A stretch of DNA of 56,759 bases, filler included, from Cladosporium halotolerans (Eukaryota), in the NCBI RefSeq assembly GCF_011745625.1. It is 2 parts of 2 records of this genome, joined end to end, with 100 filler letters (N's around TTAATTAATTAA, not from the genome) between each part and the next. Parts side by side here need not be neighbours in the genome. Positions count along the whole stretch, not along the records: positions 29,322 to 56,759 come from NW_027191532.1; 1 more part is not named here. The stretch is one strand, 5' to 3'. Positions 47,001 through 56,759 of the stretch are shown piece after piece (the first letter of the stretch is position 1; every line of letters begins with the position of its first letter). The notes under the pieces were generated by a model, which was not told the origin of the DNA, did not search any database, and saw only the letters and a list, made by a program, of their open reading frames with translations. The position numbers and the translations under genes are program-made.

Positions 47001-50000
47001 GTTCTCGTCGACCTCCCGTCGTATCCTTGGGATCGACTGAACAAATACTGGGTCGCTTCTCGTGTCACCCACGATGTCTTGCACCGCACATTCCCCCATC
47101 ACGACCTCCTCGGAAAGAGATTGGCCGGTTCAGACGCTCTTGCGCCGGCGTGGAGACACGTTCTGAGCTTCCGAGAAAGCCCTTGGGTCAGGGAGCATGT
47201 CGTGCACGGGTCGATCGTGTACCCCGGAGCGGGCTTCCTTGCGATGGCCATCGAGGCGGCCCTGCAGCTAGCCGACAAGAATTGCAAACTTGCAAACGTC
47301 AGGATGAGGGATGTCAGTATCGTCAAAGCGTTAGTGCTCCAGCAGGAGGAAGAAGGGGACCAAGAACTCGTCACCCGCTTCCACCGGATGGACGAAAAGT
47401 CTGACGGCACTTGGTCCGGCTGGTGGGAGTTCTCGATCTCGTGCACCAAGGCGTGCGTGGAGCCCGAGCGCCACGTTTCTGGTCAGATCAGCCTCGAATA
47501 CCGCCCGAAGGAACCCTCGTCGCAGCCGGCGAGCGAGGTGGTGCACCAAGCTCAGAAGGTGGAGTACCGTAAGCTTGTGGCTTCATCGGCTGACAAACTA
47601 GATCGAAAGACGTTTTACGAGGCGAGCGAATCCGCCGGGCTTGCATACGGACCTCAGTACCAGGGCGTGGCGGGCATGGCCAGAAGCGGTGACGGTCGCT
47701 GCTGCTGGAGCATCCAGCTACCGGACAGGAAGGCTCCCGCGTCTGAGAGCAAGCATCTCATACATCCCACTACGCTGGATGCGATCATGCATGCGATGTT
47801 TGGGGCGATGAGTAAGGGCACCGTCTTCGCGAGTGCCGCTCTGCCTGTTGCATTCGACAAGATCGTGGTCTCGGCCGACATGCCCACCGACGCGGGCACT
47901 CATCTATCCGGCTTCACTGTCACGGACGTGAAAGAGATGACGCGAGAGGTGACAGCGGACGTATACGTCTCCACTGACGACTGGAAGCGACCGTTGGTGC
48001 AGATGGAGGGTTTGCGGTGCAAAGAACTGCCTTCGCCGAGGGGTGGCCATGGTGAAGTTGAGGCACAGTCTGCCCCCCTGGGCAGTGTTGCATGGCAGCC
48101 CGACATCGATCTCTTAGACAATGAGGGACTGAAGTCGTACATCCTGAAGAACCCTGGGCAAGAGCGGCACGACATTGCCGAAAGCCATTTCACCGCTTTT
48201 TCAAACAGACTGCGAAATGCCGTCGCACAGGTGAGGACGATGCGTCCCAAGTGGGGTCAAGCGGTGCACTCAGACTGACAAAACTTACAGATCTTATATC
48301 TGCAAGCCTTCAAATCCCCAAACTTGAGTGTTCTGCAGGTCGGCGGGTTTGACGAAGGCCTCACTGACACTTTGGTCGCCGCGATAGCGAGTAAGACGAA
48401 TGTGCCCGCTGTGACAGCAGAAATTCTGGTCCTCGATTCCGAGATGGAAAATATACCGCGAATCCACGAACGGCAGTGCCATGGTTGCTCCGTAGCTGCA
48501 TCACATTGGAACCATGCAAGCTCGCTAGCGTCGCACGCAACGGAGACCGGCAACTTCGACGCTGTGTTACTTGTCGTTCCCGATCAGACCAACGAGCAAG
48601 CGGTGAGAGCGCTTGTAACGCAAGCCCAGAGTCTGTTGAAGACCGGCGCGCTGCTCATCGTGCTGGACAACATCCAGAATACCCGAGCCAAGTGAGTCAC
48701 CCGTTGTCGCCAAACACATCACGTGCACTGCACTAACATCGACCTCAGCCTGGCCTTTTACGGCTTCGAGGCAGCCCAGACATCTTCCAGCGGACGCCTT
48801 CACCCGTGGCAGAGTTTGAACGTCGAAGATCCGATATGCGGGAAAGCGGCCGCTCTGTGCAGGGAAAGACCTACGGCTATCTTTCGCGAAAGTACGAATG
48901 CGTCCATCTGCGTGCTCAAACCACCGCACTGCACCAAAGAAACCGCCGACATCATCTCTGCTCTGGGAGGAACACTTAGCGATGCCGGATTGGATGTCGC
49001 TGTCGAGGAGTGGCCACCGAGTGTCGCGCATGTGAGGGAGAAGTTTGTGATATCATTTTTGGATATGGAGACGTCCTTCTTGAGCGACATCGACGCTAAA
49101 AGCTTCGAGGTGGTGCGTCGAGTCGCGTTGCAAAGCAGACGGCTGCTATGGGTTTGCTCGGGCGACGATCCCCACATGGCAATCGCCGTTGGCTGGTTGC
49201 GTGTGGTACAGAATGAGAACCCGAACCGGGTCTATCAGCATCTCACGCTGACCAAGAAGAGCGCCGCATCTCCTCAAGACGACAGCTGTGCGATTACACG
49301 TATGGCTCTGGCTCAGACGTTAGAGAGAGAGTTCATCGAGGAGGGCGGAAATCTGTACATCCCCAGATGGTACCACGAGAAGGGGTTGTCTCAGACGCTA
49401 GAAGGGCAGGAAACGTCAGTTCACGTTGAGACGGCACGATTGGGCGTCGCAAAGGCGTCAATTCCCCTGCGGGTTTCGCATGGAGGGGACGCAGACTCTG
49501 CGTGCTTCGCGCCCGACGCACCACTCGTCTCACATTTGGCGGCGGATGAGGTCGAGATCGAGCTGGAGTATGTCGTCCTTGCCGACTCCGACTTCAGTTC
49601 CGCTGGAAAAACCGCTCGTCGAGAGGGTAGCGGCGTGGTCAAAGCCGCCGGGCGCGGTGTCTCTCGCCTGGGCCCTGCCGACCAGGTCTGTGTGTCTTTT
49701 GTCGGGCCTTTGTCGACTCGCGTTATCACGAAAGAAGTGTGTTGCCAAATCGTACCTCCCGGCGCGAACATGGAGGAGGCCGCCTGCATACCGAACACGT
49801 TCGCCACAGCCCTGCGCGTTTTGACAGACGTAGCGCGCGTGAGGCTTGGTCACACAGTGCTCGTGCAGACAGCAGGCACGAAAGTCGGAAGGGCAGCAGT
49901 GTTGCTGGCGCTGGCCTTGGATGCCGTCGTGTACGCAACTGCTCGCGACAAAACGGAAACCGAGACAATAGTCTCTCTGGGAGTCTCGCCGCAAAATGTG

Positions 50001-51593
50001 TTCGAAGAAGGCGATTTGGACCTGCCGCGCGCAGCCAAAATTTTAACGGGCGAACGTGGAGTAGACATCGTCTTGCGTACCTCCAAAAGTAGCATAGCTC
50101 CCTGTCTACTCTCGCAGTGCGTCGCGGAACACGGGACCCTGGTTGATGTGCATACGACAAGCGAACCTGGCCAAGACTCGGCGTCCTCCGGAGACACCAT
50201 ATCAGTCATGGGCATCGGGTCGCTCCTCCCAGAAGATCCCGTCTCGCTGCAAAAATCAGCCTCCCGGGCCGCGAGCTACCTTCCGCAACTTTCCAGGCTG
50301 GCAGCGTCGTTCGATGTGTTTTCGTCGGACCGCATTACCGACGCACTGAGATGTCAACGAGAGCCTGGCACCCGGAGAGGCGTCATCTTGTCGCTCGACG
50401 ACGCGGATGTGGTGCCAATAGCTCCTAGTGTCAACCGCAAGCTCCAGATTTGCGAACAAGCCACATACGTATTGGCTGGCGGCCTTGGTGGTCTGGGCAG
50501 AAGCCTTGCCCGACTGCTAGTCTACAATGGAGCCCGCAACCTCGCGCTTCTCTCGCACTCTGGGCCAAATTCTCCTTTGACGAAGACATTCACGAAGGAG
50601 ATGGCAGACCTTGGTGTGACGGTGAAGACGCTCGCTTGCGAAATAGGCGACGACGAGTCCGTGGCTGCGGTGCTGGCCGAGTGCACCCAATCAATGCCAT
50701 CTATTCGTGGCGTCATCCAGGCCGCGGCGGTTGTGCGTGACGCCGTCTTCGACAACTTTACATTCGAAGATTGGCAGTCTAACTTGAGGTCGAAGGTGCA
50801 GGGGTCCTGGAACCTTCACCAACACATCCCGAAGGACATCGACTTCTTCGTCATGCTGGGATCCGTTGCTGGACTCCTTGGACATGTCAGTCAAGCAGGA
50901 TATGCCGCCGGCAACACGTTCCAAGACGCTCTCGCCCACTACCGCCGGAGTCGAAGGTTACCCGCGGTCACAATCGACTTGGGCCCGATGCTGGATGTTG
51001 GTTCGGTGAAGGACGGCACTGTGTCCGCAAGCTTCTCGACGTCCGAAGCCACTTGGATGACGGAAGCGGATCTCCACGCCATCATGACCATGTGCATATC
51101 TGGAGAGATGACCGGTTTTGATTTTCCCTCACAGCTGTGCACTGGACTACCCTCTGGGAGAATGATCCAAATTGGTCAGCATGAAACGCCAGTGCATTAT
51201 GATCGACCGTTCTTTGCTCTTTTGAAGAGCTTGGGCGTTTCAGGTGCCGCGGGGAAGGACAAAAAAATGCTCGGCGGCCGGTCTAAGGACTTCGGTCTTC
51301 AGATTTCGGGCGTTGCTTCGATGCAAGACGCACAGTCCTGCGTCGAGGATGCTATCCGAGCTCGTCTGGCCAAAGACCTAGGTCGCTCGGAGGATGGTAT
51401 CGACTCATCACGACCACTGCATTGGTACGGCATCGATTCTCTCGGGGCTGTCGGATTTCGCACTTGGGTCGGGAAGACGATGAAGGCCGAAGTGAGTATG
51501 TTTGACGTGCTCAACGCAAGCAGCATTCACGAGCTGGCTAAGAAAATTGTACGGGTGTCTGAGTTGATTCCAGAGGGACTCGAGTCAGTGTGA
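44020..51593 (+). CDS. Highly reducing iterative type I PKS: KS-AT-DH-(cMT degenerate)-(ER degenerate)-KR-ACP; exons 44020-44143, 44213-44932, 45008-45120, 45178-45285, 45345-48230, 48291-48691, 48749-51593
   Basis: KS DTACSSS, EAH|GTGT, KSN|IGH; AT GHSSG, YHSHHM; DH HVVHGSIVYPG, HPTTLD; KR GGLGGLG, YAAGN; ACP YGIDSL. Six GT-AG introns restore the frame. Confidence 0.95.
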
Positions 51594-52066
51594 TGACCTA
51601 TGCAGACTATTATGGGAAAATGAAAAGCCCATATTGTCTTTCTTGCCGTCAAGACTCAGGCAGCCGCGGTGAACAAGCGACTGCGTATGTCACTCACTGC
51701 AACCGGCTACAGGCGACACTTCGCAGATGCTAAATTTAGCATCACGGGGCTAGGGATGCGGACAGGCTTCGTCCACACGGCAGGATTGAGGCCCCCATGC
51801 TGCCCCTTCAGCCTATGATTGTTGTGGAAAGCGCAGCGATGGGAGATCGTGTGTCACATATTCTACGGACTATGAATGGAAACCCGTCGACGGCGGTGGC
51901 TGCGAATGTCCTTGGGTTATCATTGATGATCCCGCCGGGAGGACCTGACAGCATTCTCTTTTGCTATTCAGTGCTGACATCGGGTTGACACACCCTCAGC
52001 AATTCGTACTTCTCCTCCTCCAAGCCGGCGCATTGAGTGCTCACAGCATTTATCCCCGCAAGCCAT

Positions 52067-52642
52067 ATGCCTGGGACAGTGCACTTTCGCGGTGACCCCG
52101 TACAATCACTGTCGCGTTCTCTTCACCAACGTGAACTCGACTTGCTGCAGGATTTTGAGGATCACGTACTCCGGAACATCGAGTGCTATCGACATTTGGA
52201 TGCTTCGCCGCTGCCTCAAGGTTGCAAATTCTGCCGAGATGCAACCGCGTACATAATGTCTCGGTTCGAATTCAGACTCGGGAAATGCGTCCAGAAACCA
52301 TGGCGACAACACTGTCCTATGATCGTGGAGATACCTTGGTTTTTCAAAGGGACTCGCCGCACACTAATCAAACGCGCGAAATCTGATCGCGATCGAGCGC
52401 GATCAAGGAGCAGGCAATCGAAAGTTCTCTTCGAAGCTCGTCCACGGTCTGGACATGCGGATTCGTCATCGCCTCAGGGCAGCTGCTACATTTCTTTAGA
52501 TACATGCCGTCCACAGAATACACGCCACAGATCCACTGAACGCGAAGTCTCCGTTCAGAGAAATGACGACTGCTTGAGCTTTGTCTTCCGTCGACTCGTG
52601 GTGGCTGTCCGAGACGAACAGTTTGGTTTAAGTTCCCAGTGA
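52067..52642 (+). CDS. Hypothetical protein, ~191 aa, with Cys/His-rich N-terminal half and Arg/Ser-rich tail
   Basis: Protein-like segment ELDLLQDFEDH..ECY..CKFC..GK..IVEIP; family assignment uncertain. Confidence 0.45.
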   Translation: MPGTVHFRGDPVQSLSRSLHQRELDLLQDFEDHVLRNIECYRHLDASPLPQGCKFCRDATAYIMSRFEFRLGKCVQKPWRQHCPMIVEIPWFFKGTRRTLIKRAKSDRDRARSRSRQSKVLFEARPRSGHADSSSPQGSCYISLDTCRPQNTRHRSTEREVSVQRNDDCLSFVFRRLVVAVRDEQFGLSSQ

Positions 52643-54067
52643 AGTGGAGCGTATGGCGTAACACGGGACCCCTCACGAATCACGATGAGCACAATAAGAA
52701 CAAGCTCTGCCGTGTACAGTAGATCGCTGCTCGCAATTTACTCCATGTCTGGCCATTTCTGCGCGAATAAACTACACACGGTTGATCAAATGACCACATC
52801 GGCAGTACTGGGGACAATCTGAAGATTGCGAGAAGAAGGGTCTGTGGAGATGTTGCCGCAGTAAGAAACTTTACCTGCGCTGCCATTTTCAAGTAACACA
52901 TTGGGGCTTAAGAATTCAAACCCTCGGTCGCTTATTGAGTTTGTTTTAAAGGTCTGATTCCGCGTCAGATCATCAGTCATCCTGATCGTTTGGTATTGTT
53001 CAATTCCGCAAGTTTCGCTTGAAATGGCATTTTTCGCATCACTTGATCGACCTTCTCCCATTTCCACCAACTTAGTCTGCTACACCGGCATCGCCACTGT
53101 ATCCCGAAGCTAGCGAGTCCATTGGGTCAACCTTGGTCCACGCCATAGCGATTCTCGTCGTCTATGAGCAAAGACGCAACCCGCCTTAGACGGCCCGCCG
53201 AGTTCTCGGTACGCACAAGATTGCGTCCGGTACAGAAGACTCATGTCGCTACAAGTGTGTTGCTGTGTGGAGGAAGAAATGCATTTGGAATACTTCAACA
53301 TGAAGATAAGGCACTACACGGTGGGGGCAGAACAGGGTACAGTTCTAACGTTATAACGTTACTGCTGAGATCCTTACAGCGATTCGCGAATCGATTACAT
53401 CGAATAACGCGCGCTGCGTGAGCCACGCCGCCCGAGCTCTGGTGTGATGCATTTCCACAGCTTACGGCAGCCAGAAAGCACATGCTTACATCTCGATACA
53501 CCATTATCCTCAGAAAGCCCAGGACTTGTGATTGTATCTCTTTTGACTTGGATGCCAGGGCGCCCACTGCACGCTAGCAGGCAGCATGACCCAGTGGCCT
53601 TGTGAATTACTATCGAATCGTCGTCACTGAGCACCAAGAGTCAAAGAAACACTCAGAGATTCCGCGCGATGAGCCGACCGCCTCTCACGAGTGGAAGTAT
53701 GCACAGGGTCGTGAGATAAAGTGGATCGCGTTGAGACACACTCCAGCGCAAGCGCGCGACGGTCACAGACACGACTATTTATTCTCAGAACCTATCGTGC
53801 TGTGGTTGCAGGAACAAAAGTAGATGTACACTCTAGTCGAGGTGCAGATGCGTTCGTGGGGATTTTACGAGAATGGCGGAAATCAAGACGTTGCGCAGCG
53901 TGGGTATGATCGCCGCTGAGATACAATAACAACCCAGTGTGTCGTATCAGCCGCTTTCCCATGCCGTGACTTCGTCACATAAATCAAGTCAACCAGAAGT
54001 TTCAACACCGTTGATATCTGGCAGTGTGGAGGGTGTCACCCCCTGGTACGAACTGCATATCTTCCCG

Positions 54068-54085
54068 CCCCCCCCCCCCCCCCCC
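54068..54085. repeat. Poly-C tract (18 nt) upstream of the LicD gene
   Basis: Direct reading. Confidence 0.9.
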
Positions 54086-54339
54086 TCCATAAACATGCGA
54101 ACGATTGATCCGCAGGTCTACCTAGCGCCTAATGTCAAGGTCGCTTGCGGTGTCCGTTCAGAGGATGACAATGCCTGTCCAGCTTTCCATTCCATCATAT
54201 ATGTATATCTCTAAGCAGCCCCAGTCATATTGAACCATACACCTTACACCACAAACTGGTCTTCAGACCGCGCAGTGTTGCTCCCAATCCTAATTTCCCA
54301 CAGTCGGCACCATTCCTCCACGGTATCGAGCCCAGCTTA

Positions 54340-55149
54340 ATGCGCCTGCTCGGTCATCGCACAATGTTTTGGCCAACGGTATCGACCATGTTATGGTTCG
54401 TAACCATGCTTGCAGCTGTATCTGATGCGGGCCGCGACGGTATACCTCAGAAGTACTTTCACGAATCGCCCTCTCGCAGCCATTCCGATGCTCGTTTCGA
54501 CAGAGGCCCATTGTCTTATGAAGAGCGACGCTTGCTTCTGTCTTCGCTGATCACTTCTTTCCTATCTACGATGCACGACGTCGGTGCCGAAACGTGGCTC
54601 ATGCACGGGTCATTGCTCGGGTGGTACTGGAATCGTAAGATTCTGCCATGGGACTTGGATCTTGACGTTCAAATCACGGAGAAAAGCATGCAGCATCTCT
54701 CTAGCTACTACAACATGACAGTGCACCATTTTGAAATTCCCGGATCCGGTGGTGCTCGCGATTATCTGCTCGAGATCAACCCAAATTGGGCCAATACCAG
54801 GACTGATGACGTTGATAACAAGATCGACGCTCGTTGGTTGGACATGTCGTCTGGGCTCTACGTCGATATAACCACACTTCGCTACCATCAAGACGCTGAA
54901 AGAGAAGGCACAAAGGGAATGGTTGTGTGCAAGGATGGGCATCGATATTTGACGAGCGACATATTCCCTCTCGCAGACACCACGTTCGAAGGTGTTGCGG
55001 CAAAGGTTCCCTCCGCATTTGCGAGTGTGCTTGCGCAGGAGTACGGTGTCTCAGCACTGGAGACGACCGTCTTTGAAAGTCATCGATTCGAAGTGGATAG
55101 GCAAGAGTGGATACCACTCGTGGTCCCGGAGAGAGATACTCGTCATTGA
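54340..55149 (+). CDS. LicD/Mnn4/fukutin-family phosphotransferase with N-terminal signal or anchor, 269 aa
   Basis: KYFHE, HSDARF, TWLMHGSLLGWYWNRKILPWDLDLDVQ, YLLEINP, IDARWLD..GLYVDIT, CKDGH, IFPL, FEG. Confidence 0.93.
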   Translation: MRLLGHRTMFWPTVSTMLWFVTMLAAVSDAGRDGIPQKYFHESPSRSHSDARFDRGPLSYEERRLLLSSLITSFLSTMHDVGAETWLMHGSLLGWYWNRKILPWDLDLDVQITEKSMQHLSSYYNMTVHHFEIPGSGGARDYLLEINPNWANTRTDDVDNKIDARWLDMSSGLYVDITTLRYHQDAEREGTKGMVVCKDGHRYLTSDIFPLADTTFEGVAAKVPSAFASVLAQEYGVSALETTVFESHRFEVDRQEWIPLVVPERDTRH

Positions 55150-56185
55150 TCGTTGACTTGATGTTGGAGCTCGAGAACACGTCAGCTCTGACGATGAAGC
55201 TGATACGCAGTCGCGATAGCTAATGGAATGGAACACAGGTTGGTAATGATAAGGGTATGGGGACGCCTTTACATACATTATGTAATCAATGGGCTCGAAT
55301 GTTGAAAGAAACTCTGTGTGGCCAGATCTTCCGATCGAAGCATCTTGCAGAATGCGAGAAGAGATGGCACGCGTACCGCTTGTGATATCACAGTGCCGTC
55401 TTTGACGTAGCTTCTTCGTATGGTGGTGGCCCTTCGTGTGCGCATGGATCGCGGTTCACTAGAGAGGATCAGTCAGGCCATTCTGCTGCTGTGTATGCTG
55501 TAGACGGTGATCTACCATGATTATCCCTATCTCCTTGTGCGAAGATCAGATTCCCAACCTCTTGACCGGGCTGATGACCGGTGCTTCGAGGGCCATCTTT
55601 TTGTCGCAACATTAGCCTTGAGCAAACCATTTCATGAGCCAGCTCCCTCAACTCCCTCCTCGTTCGTTGGGTCCAAGGAGAAGAACGCTGTTTGGCGGTG
55701 ACAGGTAAGTCCAGACAAGTAAGTAGTGCCGGCTTGCGCAGAGATATGTAAACATACAACATCGTGAGGGCAGGGAATTATCTGCGGGACAACTGCTAAG
55801 AAATGAGGGTCGATTGAAGGATGATCATCATACTATATAGTGCAGTGTTGTACCGTACCTCGCAGAGCAAGTACACGTCTTCTTGAGCTCGAGCTACGAC
55901 AACTCACACCTACGTGCTTGAGAAAGACGTGTCAAGATCGCGGTAGGTCCCCTCCTTTTTCCCAGCCTTTCCTGGGGGCCCGCTTTTGCCTTTACTTCTT
56001 CGAACAGACCTCCAGTACTGCACGCAGCACACAGCGTGATTTCAAGATCGGACGCTCAGGTTGCGGATCTTAGGAAGGTACTACCCTGACCAAACCACTC
56101 TCCCTCTGATTCGAGCCTGTCCTGCATTGGATCGTAAACAACACCCAAAGGCGAGCGAAAGCTCCAGCTCCTCGTTCACAACAGC

Positions 56186-56734
56186 ATGCGGCTTATCATG
56201 ATACCAACCACCCTCTGGGCTGCGTTATGCGTTTCCGCTCTGGTCGATACAAGCGCCCATAGCACGTTTCGAGGCTCTTTCTATGAATCGACTACCCCAG
56301 CTCGGTACGATCTGCGTTTCCGCGGACAGCCGCTGTCGCCCAGCAAGATGCATGAAGATCGATCTTATTTGATGAAGACGTATCTGTCTACTGCCGCGGA
56401 TCTCGGCGTGGTGACTTGGCTTGCGCATGGCTCACTGCTTGGGTGGTACTGGAATCGCAGCATTCTACCTTGGGCTTCCGGACTTGATGTCCAAACAACG
56501 GCGGAAGATATAAAGCACCTGTCTGAGCGCTACAACATGACGATGTACCATTTCGCAGATTATGGATCTGATATACGTCGTGACTACATGCTCGAAGTCA
56601 ACTCAAACTGGCCCGACGAAAGCGCCGTTGATATGGAGAACGAAACAAGTGCTCACTGGATCAGAGAGTACACCGACAGTCCATTATGTTCATTATGTTC
56701 ATTACGTCATGTCATGTTCATCATTCCGACATGA
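56186..56734 (+). CDS. Second LicD/Mnn4-like paralog, degenerate or truncated (possible pseudogene; 3' end at window edge)
   Basis: TWLAHGSLLGWYWNRSILPWASGLDVQ and YMLEVN; similarity is lost after TSAHWI, where CATTATGTT tandem repeats begin. Confidence 0.7.
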   Translation: MRLIMIPTTLWAALCVSALVDTSAHSTFRGSFYESTTPARYDLRFRGQPLSPSKMHEDRSYLMKTYLSTAADLGVVTWLAHGSLLGWYWNRSILPWASGLDVQTTAEDIKHLSERYNMTMYHFADYGSDIRRDYMLEVNSNWPDESAVDMENETSAHWIREYTDSPLCSLCSLRHVMFIIPT

Positions 56735-56759
56735 TATGAACATGGATGTCTGGGAATGA

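Overview
Genomic DNA of a filamentous ascomycete, judged from GT-AG introns of about 50-70 nt with CTRAC branch sites; a Dothideomycete is my inference. The window is two contigs joined at 29222-29321 by an artificial N44-TTAATTAATTAA-N44 spacer, so the two halves are not shown to be adjacent. The left half is GC-rich core genome. It carries a hypothetical gene, a self-sufficient CYP505 P450/reductase fusion with two micro-exons, a secreted tyrosinase, a GPI-anchored wall protein, the SepH/Cdc15 kinase, an Aco2/AcoB-type aconitase, an Alba (Pop6/Rpp25-like) gene, an Ahc1-like zinc-finger gene and a gap-truncated membrane protein gene. It also holds a hairpin-rich ~1 kb interval with no credible ORF, a telomeric-repeat motif and a terminal intron (candidate structured ncRNA). 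The right half looks like accessory genome. It carries an atypical kinase, a small His-rich protein, a pogo/Fot1 transposase relic, a Ulp1-like protease and a RIP-damaged pseudogene. It also has a compact biosynthetic cluster (NRPS-like A-T-R reductase, FSH1/LovG-type hydrolase, highly reducing PKS with degenerate cMT and ER) followed by two LicD/Mnn4-like paralogs, the second apparently degenerate. All exon boundaries were read by eye and no database searches were run.
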